A stretch of DNA of 64,000 nucleotides, from NCBI GenBank assembly GCA_963651465.1, contig CAVJPS010000012.1, positions 66,179 to 130,178 on the forward strand, written 5' to 3'. The notes under the pieces are model-generated. The model saw nothing but the letters and a program-made list of their open reading frames with translations. It made no database searches and was not told the DNA's origin. Position numbers and translations under genes: made by a program. The stretch is from a bacterium. GTDB lineage: Bacteria; Bacillota_I; Bacilli_A; RFN20; CAG-826. Below are positions 39,729-50,336 of the stretch, one piece after another (position 1 is the stretch's first letter; the number at the start of each line of letters is the position of its first letter).

Positions 39729-40940
39729 ATGGATTTATTAGAAAAATTTTTAAAATATGTTTCATTTGATACACAAAGTGATGAAGTAAGTACTACATCA
39801 CCTTCAACTTTAAAACAAAAAAAGTTAGCAGAATTTTTGACAAACGAACTTAAAGAACTTGGCGTTGATAATGCATTTATGACTGAATATGGATATGTAT
39901 ATGCATCTATTCCCGCAAATATCGAAAGTGACAACGCATTAGGACTTATTGCTCATATGGATACATCACCAGATGCATCTGGTGCAAATATTAAACCTAG
40001 TATTGAAATATATAATGGTGGAGATTTATTAATTAATAAAGATTTAAAAATGTTTATTAGTGAAAAAGCATTACGTAATCATTTAGGACATCAAATAATT
40101 CATACAGATGGAACTACTTTATTAGGTGCTGATGATAAAGCTGGTGTTGCTATTATTATGGAAGTAGTAGAAACATTAATGAAAAATAAAGATATAAAAC
40201 ATCCACTTATTAAAATAGCTTTTACCCCTGATGAAGAAGTAGGAAGAGGCACAGAACATTTTGATGTTGATTATTTTAAAAAGGATACAAAGAACTTATT
40301 AAGTTATACTTTAGACGGTGATGAAATTAATATTATTGCATATGAAAACTTTAATGCTGCAAGTGCATCTGTAAAGGTTAATGGTGTTTCCATTCACCCT
40401 GGTAGTGCTAAAGGTGTTATGGTTAATTCTCAAATAGTTGCAATGGAATATTTTAATTTATTACCTCCAGCCCGTCCTGAGAATACCGAAAAATATGAAG
40501 GCTTTATTCATTTACACGGTATTGAAGGTGATGTTACAACTACAAATATGTATTTCATTATTCGTAACCACGATGCTATTTTATTTGAAAAAGCTAAACT
40601 TGATATGATTAATGCTTGTGAATCAATTAATAAAAAATATGGTGAAGGTACAATTGAAATATCAATTAAAGACTCATATCGTAATATGAAAGAAATTGTT
40701 ATGGAACACCAAGATGCTATTGAATTACCAATTAAAGCTTTAGAAGAATGTGGACTAAAGCCATCTTCAGAACCTATTAGAGGTGGAACAGATGGTGCTA
40801 CTTTATCATTTAAAGGAATAGTATGTCCAAACCTTGGAACAGGTTGTGGTAATTTCCATGGACCATATGAATTTGCAGATTTTACTGATATGAAACGTAT
40901 GGTTGAAGTAGTTTTAAAAATGATTTATCTATTAAAATAG
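39729..40940 (+). CDS. pepT: Peptidase T (tripeptide aminopeptidase, M20B).
   Basis: N-terminus LLEKFLKYVSFDTQSDE, with metal-ligand blocks IAHMDTSPD, LGADDKAG and GGTDGA. Confidence 0.85.
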   Translation: MDLLEKFLKYVSFDTQSDEVSTTSPSTLKQKKLAEFLTNELKELGVDNAFMTEYGYVYASIPANIESDNALGLIAHMDTSPDASGANIKPSIEIYNGGDLLINKDLKMFISEKALRNHLGHQIIHTDGTTLLGADDKAGVAIIMEVVETLMKNKDIKHPLIKIAFTPDEEVGRGTEHFDVDYFKKDTKNLLSYTLDGDEINIIAYENFNAASASVKVNGVSIHPGSAKGVMVNSQIVAMEYFNLLPPARPENTEKYEGFIHLHGIEGDVTTTNMYFIIRNHDAILFEKAKLDMINACESINKKYGEGTIEISIKDSYRNMKEIVMEHQDAIELPIKALEECGLKPSSEPIRGGTDGATLSFKGIVCPNLGTGCGNFHGPYEFADFTDMKRMVEVVLKMIYLLK

Positions 40941-41061
40941 ATAGAAAAAAATTACAAAACTTTCAATTTATTTAATTATTAAAAGGGTGAAAATATTATA
41001 TGTCGCCCTTTTTTATTGTTTTATATGAACTGATTCATTAAAATAAAAGCAGGGTGATAAT

Positions 41062-41718
41062 ATGAAAAATTATTTTTTAGACGAGATAACAGAACAAATT
41101 AGTTTACCAATGGCTCTTGTAGATTATATTCCGGTAATACTATTTGTTTGCACATGTGTTATCTTACTTCTTCATTTCTTTAGAAAAATGAAGCTATGGA
41201 ACTACATCATAATGGTTGTAGGATGTGCAGGCGTTTCCATTGCTGGTTTAGGAAAAGCAATTTGGAAAACTTTATGTGTATTTGGCATTAATATTAAATG
41301 GATTAATGATTCATTCTTCCCAGTTCAATCTATGTCATTTTTAATCTTAGCTATAGCATTATTGATTTATGGTGCTATGATTTCAAAAGATAAAAAGAAT
41401 AATATTGAAACAACATATGCTATGGCACCATTAACACTTGTATCAATTTTATTACAAGTTGTAGGTTTCGCATTACTTGTTGTTGCATTAATTGTTATTA
41501 CAGTTAAAAGTTGTGAAAAGAAGGTATTACCTATTGTTTTATTCGCTTTATCCTTCGTCTTTATGATGGGTATGGGTTACTTAGGTGTTAAATTTGATGA
41601 TTCTTCTTCAATGCACTGGATTGCACAAGTTACTAATATTATTGGTCAAACATCATTATTCACTGGTACTTTATTAATTTATGTTGACGCAAAGAAACAT
41701 AACAAATTACCTCAATAA
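41062..41718 (+). CDS. Hypothetical 6-TM membrane protein.
   Basis: ORF with RBS GCAGGGTG and 6 hydrophobic helices. Confidence 0.45.
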   Translation: MKNYFLDEITEQISLPMALVDYIPVILFVCTCVILLLHFFRKMKLWNYIIMVVGCAGVSIAGLGKAIWKTLCVFGINIKWINDSFFPVQSMSFLILAIALLIYGAMISKDKKNNIETTYAMAPLTLVSILLQVVGFALLVVALIVITVKSCEKKVLPIVLFALSFVFMMGMGYLGVKFDDSSSMHWIAQVTNIIGQTSLFTGTLLIYVDAKKHNKLPQ

Positions 41719-41832
41719 TTGATAAAATGAGTATTTCTTAGTGAACGAATTTTTAAAACTAAGATATTATAAAAATGAAGTAAAACCAAAAAGTTGAAAT
41801 GAGGTTTTAAGATTTATTAAATCATAAACTAT

Positions 41833-41880
41833 TAAAGGATTATTGTCTACATTGTGTATGTGATAATCCTTTTTAATTTT
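41833..41880 (+). terminator. Rho-independent terminator-like hairpin.
   Basis: Stem aaaggattat / ataatccttt (10 bp) with a 19-nt loop, followed by TTTTAATTTT. Confidence 0.4.
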
Positions 41881-42172
41881 ACTGTAATTCTATCCTTATT
41901 ATAATATTCTATATATTTCTCCATTGCTTTCTTTAACTCTTCTAAAGATTAAACTCATATTTATGATTATAAAAAATTAAAGTGAACCATAAAGTCTGAC
42001 TAAGAGACTTGAATAACTTAGAGGCTTATTTAAAAAATCAATTTAATTAACCTTTTGTAGTATATCATGACAAGCACGTGTTTTAATGCCTTTTTGTTAA
42101 ATTTAATTTTAATTAAATAAATCAATGTTAATTTTTAGATTATATGATAAAAAAAATTACGAAGAAAATATT

Positions 42173-42837
42173 ATGTCAAATATAAAAGTCTTTGAAAATA
42201 AAAAAATTAGAACTAAGTGGAATGAACAAGAAGAAGATTGGTATTTCTCGTTAGTGGATATTGTTGCTGTACTAGCTGATACAACAAATCCTACTGAATA
42301 TCTTAAAAAAATGAGAAAAAGAGATGTAGAACTAGGAACTTACCTAGGGACAAATTGTCCCCTGGTAGAAATGGTTGGACTAAATGGTTTAAAACGTAAA
42401 GTTTTGGCTGGTAATACTAAAATAGTATTGCGTCTTATTCAATCAATTCCAAGCAAAAAGGCTGAACCTTTTAAGATTTGGCTAGCTCAAGTCGGAAGCG
42501 AAAGATTAGATGAAATTGCAGATCCACAAATTGCAATAGATAGGGCCATTGCTATATATAGAGAAAAGGGCTATTCAGAAGAATGGATAACTCAAAGAAT
42601 GATGACTATTAAAATGCGTAAAGAACTTACTGCCGAATGGCAAAAAAGGGTATAACACAAGAAAAAGGCAATGCAATTTTAACCAATGAAATGACTAAGG
42701 CTTGGAGCGGATTATCTGTGCAAGAATATAAAAAGTTCAAAGGTTTGAAAAAGGAAAATTTGCGTGATAACATGACCAACATTGAACTTGTACTTAATAT
42801 GCTTGCGGAAGTAACCACAACCGAATTATCCGTCTAG
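42173..42837 (+). pseudogene. Bro-N / antirepressor-like (DinD-type) gene disrupted by a frameshift in an A6 run. It may be a phage-derived remnant.
   Basis: The N-terminal Bro-N-like motif (IRTKWNEQEEDWYFSLVDIVAVL) is in frame 2 and ends at 42655. The homologous C-terminal part (GITQEKGNAILTNEMTKAWSGLSVQEYKKF...) continues in frame 1 from 42637. The two frames are joined across ggcAAAAAAggg at about 42643-42654. Confidence 0.55.
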
Positions 42838-42978
42838 TACAAAAAAGAACCTAACTCAAAGTAGTTAGATTCTTTTTTCTTTTGTTCTGCAATTATCTAA
42901 TGTGTTATCCTATAGGACTTTTGTTTGTAATTTATTTAAAAAAGTGATATTATCTATCACGCTAAGGAGGTTTTTAGT

Positions 42979-44631
42979 ATGAAGTTCAATGAATTAAATA
43001 TTGATGTTAATATTATAAAAGCAATTGAAGAAATTGGTTATACTGAACTTACTCCAATTCAAGAAAAAACTATTCCGTTAATTTTAGAAGGAAAAGATGT
43101 TTTAGCAGAAGCACCTACGGGAACAGGTAAAACATGTGCTTTCGCATTACCGTTAATTGATAAAATAAATACTTCTCTAGATAAAGTTCAAGCATTAGTA
43201 TTAGTTCCTACCCGTGAACTTGCTATTCAAGTAACTAAAGAAATTAGAGATTATTATAAATATAAAGAAGGTTGTTCTTCATTACCAATTTATGGTGGTC
43301 AAATGATTAGCCGTCAAATTATGTTATTAAAGAAACATCCGAATATTATTGTTTCAACACCAGGACGTTTATTAGATCATCTTGAAAGAAAAACTATTAA
43401 ATTACAACATCTTAAGTATTTAGTATTAGATGAATGTGATGAAATGCTTGATATGGGATTTAAACCTGATATTGAAAAAGTATTAAGTTATTGTAAAACC
43501 GAACATCAAACTTTATTATTTAGTGCAACTATTAGTGAAGAAATCAAAAAGATTTCTAAAGAATTTCAAAGTGACGAAAAAGTATTTGTTAAAACAGAAC
43601 GAGAGAATAAATTTAATGATTACATTAAACAATATTTTCTAAGAGTTGCTGAAAATGAAAAAAAGCGTAATTTAGTTAATATCTTAAATGGTAGTGAATT
43701 TAATCAATGTTTTGTCTTCGTTAGAACTAAAACTAAAGTCGACCATTTAACAAATATATTACGTTTAATGAATTATAGCGTTACATCTATTCACGGTGAT
43801 ATGAATCAACATCAACGTGATGAAGCAATGAAGTCATTTAGAAATAAAGAAAAGAAGATTTTAATTGCAACTGATATGGCAGCCCGTGGGCTTGATATTC
43901 CTGCGGTTGATATGGTTATTAATTACGATATACCAGATGAACATGAATATTATTTGCATCGTATTGGTCGAACAGGCCGTGCTAATGGATATGGTATAGC
44001 AATTACATTTTTTATGAAAAATCAAATGGTTCTAAAATCGAAATTTGAATCTATGACTCAAGATAAAATTGAAGAATTTAAATTATTTACTAAGAAGGAG
44101 GAAACAAGAACTATGGCAGAAAAAGCATTACAAGAAATTAAAAATGAAGTAGTAAACGGAAATGCTGATGAATATGAAGCAATTGTTAAAGAATATCTTC
44201 AAGATATTAATAGTGAAGGCAATAATATCTCACCTGTAAAACTTGCTGCAGTATTATTAAAACAATATATTAAAAAACCTTCTTTAGAAATAATAGCAGG
44301 TAATGAGAAAAATAAAATAAGAGAAGAAAATAACGCTAAAGCAACTAAAGAAAATAGCAATAACGAAAATACAATTCGTTTCTTTGTTAATATTGGTTTA
44401 CAAGATGGTATTAAAGAAAAAAGCTTAAAAGATTTAGTTATTCAAAAATGCAATATTCCTAATTCAAAGATTGTTGATGTTTATTGTAAAAAGTCATTTT
44501 CATTTGTTGAAGTTAATAAAGAATGTAAGAAAGACCTTATGCAAAACTTAATCGGTTCTTCTTATAATGGTCGTAAAATAAACGTTGAAGTTAGTGAAGG
44601 CAAAAAGAATTGTAAATCAAAACATAAATAA
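42979..44631 (+). CDS. DEAD-box ATP-dependent RNA helicase with a C-terminal DbpA/YxiN-type RNA-binding domain.
   Basis: Q-motif region, Walker A AEAPTGTGKT, DECD (a DEAD variant), SAT, HRIGRTGRAG, and a C-terminal block IRFFVNIGLQDGIKEKSLKDLV. RBS AAGGAGG. Confidence 0.85.
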   Translation: MKFNELNIDVNIIKAIEEIGYTELTPIQEKTIPLILEGKDVLAEAPTGTGKTCAFALPLIDKINTSLDKVQALVLVPTRELAIQVTKEIRDYYKYKEGCSSLPIYGGQMISRQIMLLKKHPNIIVSTPGRLLDHLERKTIKLQHLKYLVLDECDEMLDMGFKPDIEKVLSYCKTEHQTLLFSATISEEIKKISKEFQSDEKVFVKTERENKFNDYIKQYFLRVAENEKKRNLVNILNGSEFNQCFVFVRTKTKVDHLTNILRLMNYSVTSIHGDMNQHQRDEAMKSFRNKEKKILIATDMAARGLDIPAVDMVINYDIPDEHEYYLHRIGRTGRANGYGIAITFFMKNQMVLKSKFESMTQDKIEEFKLFTKKEETRTMAEKALQEIKNEVVNGNADEYEAIVKEYLQDINSEGNNISPVKLAAVLLKQYIKKPSLEIIAGNEKNKIREENNAKATKENSNNENTIRFFVNIGLQDGIKEKSLKDLVIQKCNIPNSKIVDVYCKKSFSFVEVNKECKKDLMQNLIGSSYNGRKINVEVSEGKKNCKSKHK

Positions 44632-44649
44632 AACTTTAAAAGAATAGAA

Positions 44650-44680
44650 CTTTAATCTATTCTTTTTTAATAATTTATTA
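44650..44680 (+). terminator. Rho-independent terminator.
   Basis: Hairpin agaatag-aactttaat-ctattct followed by TTTTTT. Confidence 0.5.
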
Positions 44681-44733
44681 TTTGTTAATGACATATATAA
44701 TATAGTAAAATATGAGGGCAAGGAGATGATTTT

Positions 44734-45885
44734 ATGAAATACGTTATAGTAGGTTCTGGCGCAACAGGATTATTACTTTCAATTCTTCTTAAAAGAAATA
44801 ATGTTTCTTGTGAAGTTATTGTCCTTGATAAAAATAAAAAAGTAGCTAAAAAGTTATACGCTACTGGAAATGGTAAATGTAATCTAGGTAATACCTTAAT
44901 AAATGATTATGTTTATAATGATAAGATTGCTTTATCTTACCTTAATAATTTTCCATTAGGAGAACAACGTAAATTATTAAATGAATTAGGTTTATTAACT
45001 AAAATGAATAATAATTTATGTTATCCATTTAGTGAAAGTGCTCGTATGTTTGTAGATTCTTTAATTGCAAAAGCAACTTCCTTAGGTGTTAAATTTTTAG
45101 TTGAAAAAGAAGTAACAGATTATGATTTAACGAAAGTATTTCTATCTAATGGTGAAACTATTACTTACGATAAATTATTTATAACTGTTGGAGGACATTC
45201 TTCTCCAATATATGGTACTGATGGTAATTTTAATAAAGTTTTATTAAACCATAATTATAAAATTAGTAATGTTTATCCAGGCCTTTGTCCATTAAGAACA
45301 GTTGAAAAAACTAAAGAAGTTAATGGTCAAAGAATAAAAGCTAATGTAACTTTATTAAAAAATGATAAAGAAATATATAGTGATAAAGGTGAAGTATTAT
45401 TTAAAAATGATGGATTAAGTGGAATTGTAATTATGAATGTTTCTTCAATGATTGCTCGTACATTTAATTCTAATAATAAATATAAAATTATTCTTGATGT
45501 TATTCCTAATTTAAATAAAGATGATTTGATTTTAAATATAGAAAATAATCGTAAAAACAATAATATACTTGATGGTTTATTCACCGTAGAACTTTCTAAT
45601 TTTATTAGTAAATTACTAGGAGTAAATAATAAATCTAGTAACGATGAGATTATAAATAAATTAAAATCATTAACTTTTAATTTTAAAGAATTATATGATT
45701 TTAAAGATTCTCAAGTTACTGTTGGAGGATTGCTTTTAGAAAATATTAATGTTAGTACATTAGAATCTAAGATTGAATCAAATATTTATTTTGGTGGCGA
45801 AATATTAAATTTAGATGGTTTATGTGGTGGCTATAACTTAATGTTATGTTTTGCAATTGCATATACATTATCTAAGAATTGTTGA
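44734..45885 (+). CDS. HI0933/BaiN-family FAD-dependent oxidoreductase (aminoacetone-oxidase-like).
   Basis: N-terminal dinucleotide fold YVIVGSGATGLL and the HI0933-family block ATGNGKCNLGN. Confidence 0.65.
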   Translation: MKYVIVGSGATGLLLSILLKRNNVSCEVIVLDKNKKVAKKLYATGNGKCNLGNTLINDYVYNDKIALSYLNNFPLGEQRKLLNELGLLTKMNNNLCYPFSESARMFVDSLIAKATSLGVKFLVEKEVTDYDLTKVFLSNGETITYDKLFITVGGHSSPIYGTDGNFNKVLLNHNYKISNVYPGLCPLRTVEKTKEVNGQRIKANVTLLKNDKEIYSDKGEVLFKNDGLSGIVIMNVSSMIARTFNSNNKYKIILDVIPNLNKDDLILNIENNRKNNNILDGLFTVELSNFISKLLGVNNKSSNDEIINKLKSLTFNFKELYDFKDSQVTVGGLLLENINVSTLESKIESNIYFGGEILNLDGLCGGYNLMLCFAIAYTLSKNC

Positions 45886-45896
45886 GGTATAAATCA

Positions 45897-47102
45897 ATGT
45901 TATCGATTAAAAGTTTATATAAAATAGGACCAGGGCCTTCTAGTTCTCACACTATGGGACCTGCAAGTGCTGTCCGCTATTGCTTAGATAAATATAAAAA
46001 TATTACCAATATAGAGTTGACTTTATATTGTTCTTTAGCTTTAACCGGAAAAGGACACTTAACTGATTATATTGCTGATAAAGAAATGAAAGATATTCCT
46101 CACCAAATTATTTTTGATGTTAAGACTAAAACTAAACATCCAAATACAATGAAGTTTGTTATTACTACAACAGAAGGTATATTTGAGGAAACTATTATTT
46201 CTGTTGGCGGTGGACTTATAAAAGTAGAGGGTTCTAATTATGATAAACTTTATGACGACAAATATGAACTAAGTACTTTTAATAAAATAAAAGATTATTG
46301 CTTAAATAATAATTTAACTTTAATTGATTTTATTCATAAATACGATGACGATGATATTAATTCATACTTAGAAATGATTTATTCTAAAATGGTTAATCTT
46401 GTCGATAATGGTCTTACTAAAGAAGGTTTATTACCTGGTAAGCTAAAAGTTGAACGTAAAGCTAAAAAAATTTTAAATTCTATTCCTAGTTATGAAACTG
46501 AAAGTTTAAAGGAACGTCGTTTAATTATGGCTTATGCTTTTGCTGCAAGTGAAGAGAATGCAGCTGGAGAAGAAATTGTTACTGCTCCTACTTGTGGTTC
46601 ATGTGGAGTATTACCGTCTTTAGTTAAATATTATAGTGCAACTTATCCACATCAAAAAATGATTGATGGACTTGCAGTTGCAGGATTAATTGGATTATTA
46701 GTAAAAACAAATGCTTCGATATCAGGTGCTGAATGTGGCTGCCAAGCAGAAATTGGTACGGCTTCTTCTATGGGTGCAGCTTTAATAACTTTTTTAAACG
46801 ATGGTTCAATTGAACAAATTGGTCGTGCTAGTGAAATCGCAATGGAACATTCTTTGGGTTTAACATGTGATCCAGTTGGAGGATATGTTCAAATTCCTTG
46901 TATTGAACGTAACGCAATTTATGCTCTTAGATCGATTGAAAGTGCAACTTTAGCAATGATGATTGAACCAACAAATAACAAAATATCATTTGATGAAGTT
47001 GTAAAGACAATGTATAAGACAGGTTTAGATTTACAAAAAGCATATCGAGAAACGGCTAAGGGTGGTCTAGCTAAGATGTACCGTAAAACACATCTAAAAT
47101 AA
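45897..47102 (+). CDS. sdaA: L-serine dehydratase, iron-sulfur-dependent, single-chain (fused beta-alpha) form.
   Basis: Beta-domain start SLYKIGPGPSSSHTMGP and alpha-domain Cys ligands CGSCG and CGCQAEIGTASSMGAA. RBS GAGGT lies before the ATG at 45897; the track start at 45879 is in frame upstream. Confidence 0.8.
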   Translation: MLSIKSLYKIGPGPSSSHTMGPASAVRYCLDKYKNITNIELTLYCSLALTGKGHLTDYIADKEMKDIPHQIIFDVKTKTKHPNTMKFVITTTEGIFEETIISVGGGLIKVEGSNYDKLYDDKYELSTFNKIKDYCLNNNLTLIDFIHKYDDDDINSYLEMIYSKMVNLVDNGLTKEGLLPGKLKVERKAKKILNSIPSYETESLKERRLIMAYAFAASEENAAGEEIVTAPTCGSCGVLPSLVKYYSATYPHQKMIDGLAVAGLIGLLVKTNASISGAECGCQAEIGTASSMGAALITFLNDGSIEQIGRASEIAMEHSLGLTCDPVGGYVQIPCIERNAIYALRSIESATLAMMIEPTNNKISFDEVVKTMYKTGLDLQKAYRETAKGGLAKMYRKTHLK

Positions 47103-47103
47103 A

Positions 47104-47140
47104 AAGCATCCCACATTTTGAAATGTGGGATTTTGTTTTA
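47104..47140. terminator. Bidirectional terminator between sdaA (+) and the trmH-like gene (-).
   Basis: Hairpin atcccacattt-tg-aaatgtgggat with flanking A/T runs. Confidence 0.65.
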
Positions 47141-47860
47141 CTTAGATTGTTGTTTTATTAATTCATATATTGCTATTCCAACAGCTGATGGTAAATTTAG
47201 TGAATCAATGTTTTTAGTGTGTTTAATAATAACACTATTATTAGTTAAATATTTAATATCTAATCCAGTAGCTTCATTGCCAAATACAAGTGTTACTGGT
47301 GATTTAGGAAATATAGTTTCTTGTAAAGTTTTAGATGCTTGTAACATAAATGAATATGGAATATTAGCATTGTATTTTTCTTTATATTCTTCATATGAAT
47401 TAAAATATTCAATATTTACATTAAATATAGCACCCATTGAAGCACGGACTACTTTAGGATTAAAAATATCAACACCAGGTCTAATAATACCTATATTTTG
47501 AATACCAAAGCCAAGAGAAGAACGAATAATTGTTCCTAAATTGCCCATATCACTTGGGTTATCTAATAATACATGATTTACATTTGCATTAAGTTCATTA
47601 CTGTATTTTTTAAATACTCCTATAATATAACAGTTTTCTTTAGGGGATAATTTATTAATAAGTTTATCGTTATTAACTATATTTATATTATTTTTACTAC
47701 ATATTGCTTTAATTTTATCTAACACTTCTTTATTAGTAAAAGATGAATGAATTAATACCATTAAAACTTTTTGAGGTTTATGAGTTAATAATTCAATAGT
47801 AGGAAATGCTCCTAAAGCATAAGAATATTCATATTCTTTTTTATATGGTTTTAATTCCAT
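47138..47860 (-). CDS. TrmH/SpoU-family RNA 2'-O-methyltransferase.
   Basis: SpoU motifs LLDNPSDMGNLGTIIRSS, LVFGNEATGL and SLNLPSAVGIAIYE. Confidence 0.75.
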   Translation of the reverse strand: MELKPYKKEYEYSYALGAFPTIELLTHKPQKVLMVLIHSSFTNKEVLDKIKAICSKNNINIVNNDKLINKLSPKENCYIIGVFKKYSNELNANVNHVLLDNPSDMGNLGTIIRSSLGFGIQNIGIIRPGVDIFNPKVVRASMGAIFNVNIEYFNSYEEYKEKYNANIPYSFMLQASKTLQETIFPKSPVTLVFGNEATGLDIKYLTNNSVIIKHTKNIDSLNLPSAVGIAIYELIKQQSK

Positions 47861-47961
47861 TTATATCAATCCTTTCTAATATAAAGTAATTATAAACTAA
47901 TTTAGATTAAACTTTAACAATAAAAGCAAAATGAAAAGGGTTCTATTGAACCCTTATGCAA

Positions 47962-48672
47962 TTAAATATTTTCGACGTTGTGATAAACGTTTTGAACATC
48001 TTCAACTTCATCTAATGTATCAAGAAGTTGGTGCATTCTTTCAAGATGTTCATCATCTAATGTAATCCATTCATTTGGAATAGGTGCTTTTTCACATTTT
48101 TCAAATTCAGTAATTCCATTATCGTTTAATACTTTCTTAGCATTTTCAAATGCTTCTGGAGTTACATAAACAATTGCGAATTCTTCATCTTTTTCAACTG
48201 AAGTAACATCAACATCTGACATAATTAATAATTCTTCTAATTCAGCTGCTGATTGTTCTGTTTTGAAAATAAATTCACCTTTTAATTCAAAGTTAAATGA
48301 AACAGAACCTTCGTGTCCACCTTTTTTAAGAACTGCAGTTCTAACATTAACTAAAGCACGGTTTGTATTACTAGTTAATGTATCAACGATTAAGTAACAG
48401 TTGCCAGGTCCGAAGAATTCATAACGACCTTCAATATAGTTTTCACCTGTGCCACCTTTTGCTTTTTCAATAGCTCTTTCAATGACATCTTTTGAAAGGT
48501 TTTGTCCTCTATATTTTTCGATAACTGCTCTTAAAGCTAAGTTACTATTTGGATCTGGCTCACCAGATTTTGCAGCCATATAAATTTCTTTAGAAGCTCT
48601 CATACCAAGAGCTGATTTTTTAGCTGCAGTTGCTGCCATAGAAGCTGCTCTAACTTCGTGTGCTCTTCCCAT
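47962..48672 (-). CDS. yebC: YebC/PmpR-family probable transcriptional regulatory protein.
   Basis: N-terminus MGRAHEVRAASMAATAAKKSALGMRASKEI, with family-typical length and pattern throughout. Confidence 0.85.
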   Translation of the reverse strand: MGRAHEVRAASMAATAAKKSALGMRASKEIYMAAKSGEPDPNSNLALRAVIEKYRGQNLSKDVIERAIEKAKGGTGENYIEGRYEFFGPGNCYLIVDTLTSNTNRALVNVRTAVLKKGGHEGSVSFNFELKGEFIFKTEQSAAELEELLIMSDVDVTSVEKDEEFAIVYVTPEAFENAKKVLNDNGITEFEKCEKAPIPNEWITLDDEHLERMHQLLDTLDEVEDVQNVYHNVENI

Positions 48673-48838
48673 AAATAAAATCTCCTTTTTTCAATTTTCG
48701 ATTTATTATAGCACTTTTTAATGTAGGCTGTTTAGTAGTTTTTTAGACTTTTCCACAAAAAAAGTAAAAAAATTAATAATTTTTTAAAGTTATTATTAAA
48801 AAATGATATATTTTAATTATCTATTGAGGTGGTATGTT

Positions 48839-49726
48839 ATGTATAACAAGGGACTTATTATAACAAATGGGTTCGTTTTGTGGTCAGGAACCAAGCATAT
48901 GGTTTTAAGATTAATTGAAGAATTTAAGAAATTAAATATTGAAATCGACCATAAAATGAATAATGAAATTTTTACTTTTATTGATAGTGACGGGAATATT
49001 AAAACTAGTGATTTACCATATGATTTTATTATTTTCTTGGACAAAGATTTATATGTTTCTACTTTACTTGAAAAAAGTGGATATCGTTTATTTAATAAAG
49101 CCGAACCTATTAGATTTTGTGATGATAAGATGTTAACTCATATGCTACTTGCAAACAATAATATAAAAATGCCAAAAACAATTTCTTGTCCACTTCAATA
49201 TGCTCCAGGTGATAAAAAAGAATTTTTAGATTGCTTATGTAATACACTTACATTTCCTTTTGTAGTAAAAGAAATATATGGATCTTCTGGCAAACAAGTT
49301 CATTTAGTTTATACACGAACTCAATTAAATGAATTAGAGAAAACATTAGGTTATAAGCCTCATATTTACCAAGAATATATTAAAGAGTCTAGTGGTACAG
49401 ATTATAGAATTATTGTTATCGGTCATAAAGTTGTTGCTCATATGCGTAGACAAAGTACCGACGATAATGAATTTAGAAGTAATATTGAAACTGGTGGAAT
49501 AGGAATAATTGATGAATTAGATCCAAAATTTGCGAAAGTAGCAATTAAAGTTTCTGAACTTTTAGATTTAGATTATTGTGGTGTTGATTTACTTATTGGT
49601 AATGATAATGAACCAATTTTATGTGAAGTTAATTCTAATGCATTTATATCTGGAATAGAAAAATATAGTGGTTTAAATGTTGCTAAAGAATATGCTTTAT
49701 ACATCCAAAAAAATATATATAAATAA
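48839..49726 (+). CDS. RimK-family ATP-grasp ligase (alpha-L-glutamate ligase-like), paralog 1.
   Basis: Block-by-block similarity to RimK: PFVVKEIYGSSGKQVHLV, IYQEYIKESSGTDYRIIVIG, EFRSNIETGG and CGVDLL...ILCEVNSNA. RBS GAGGTGG lies before the ATG at 48839; the track start is 48803. Confidence 0.7.
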   Translation: MYNKGLIITNGFVLWSGTKHMVLRLIEEFKKLNIEIDHKMNNEIFTFIDSDGNIKTSDLPYDFIIFLDKDLYVSTLLEKSGYRLFNKAEPIRFCDDKMLTHMLLANNNIKMPKTISCPLQYAPGDKKEFLDCLCNTLTFPFVVKEIYGSSGKQVHLVYTRTQLNELEKTLGYKPHIYQEYIKESSGTDYRIIVIGHKVVAHMRRQSTDDNEFRSNIETGGIGIIDELDPKFAKVAIKVSELLDLDYCGVDLLIGNDNEPILCEVNSNAFISGIEKYSGLNVAKEYALYIQKNIYK

Positions 49727-49832
49727 AAAGAAATATGTTTTTAATTTATATTTAACAAAATATATTTTGAAAATTTATTGATTTTATAGTAAAAATAGTT
49801 TAAATTAGTTTTATGCTAGTAGAAGGGAATAT

Positions 49833-50219
49833 ATGATACAAAGAAACACACCTCAACGCGTCCTTATACTAGATGCGTTTGAAAAATTAAAACACGCCGA
49901 ATTGGCAGATATTATTAATTACTTAAGAGAAAACAATGCCAAAGTCTCGCTTGCAACTATTTATCGTAATATTGATGCATTATTATCTAGTGGTCTAATA
50001 AAATCATTTTCTGTTAATGGGAAAATTTACTACGAAAAAGTTAGTAAAAAGAAACATGCATATTTTTATTGTAGAAAATGTCAAAAAATCACTAATATTG
50101 ATTTAAATGATAACTTTGCTTTTATGAAATATACACCAAGCAAAGTTGAAAATAATATGGTATATAATTACGATTTAATACTTCAAGGAGTATGTCATAA
50201 ATGTTTAAAGAAAGATTAA
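49833..50219 (+). CDS. Fur-family-fold transcriptional regulator that lacks the metal-sensing His cluster.
   Basis: Fur-like N-terminus TPQRVLILDAF...SLATIYRNIDAL. Two CxxC pairs (CRKC...CHKC) form the structural-Zn site, but there is no HHxH/HxH regulatory-site signature. Confidence 0.6.
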   Translation: MIQRNTPQRVLILDAFEKLKHAELADIINYLRENNAKVSLATIYRNIDALLSSGLIKSFSVNGKIYYEKVSKKKHAYFYCRKCQKITNIDLNDNFAFMKYTPSKVENNMVYNYDLILQGVCHKCLKKD

Positions 50220-50237
50220 TAATAACTAGTATAATTA

Positions 50238-50263
50238 AACGCTAGCAAAAGCTAGCTTTTTTT
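50238..50263 (+). terminator. Rho-independent terminator.
   Basis: Hairpin gctagc-aaaa-gctagc followed by T7. Confidence 0.4.
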
Positions 50264-50336
50264 GTTTAAATATAATACATAGGTAAATTTTAATTTTATG
50301 CTTAATATGTTAAAATAAAAACAAGGAGGTATGCAT

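Noticed and set aside
40941-41061. Terminator after pepT (aagggtg…cgcccttttt).
   Set aside because: The stem is only 5-6 bp with mismatches. It is too weak to call, although a T6 run is present.
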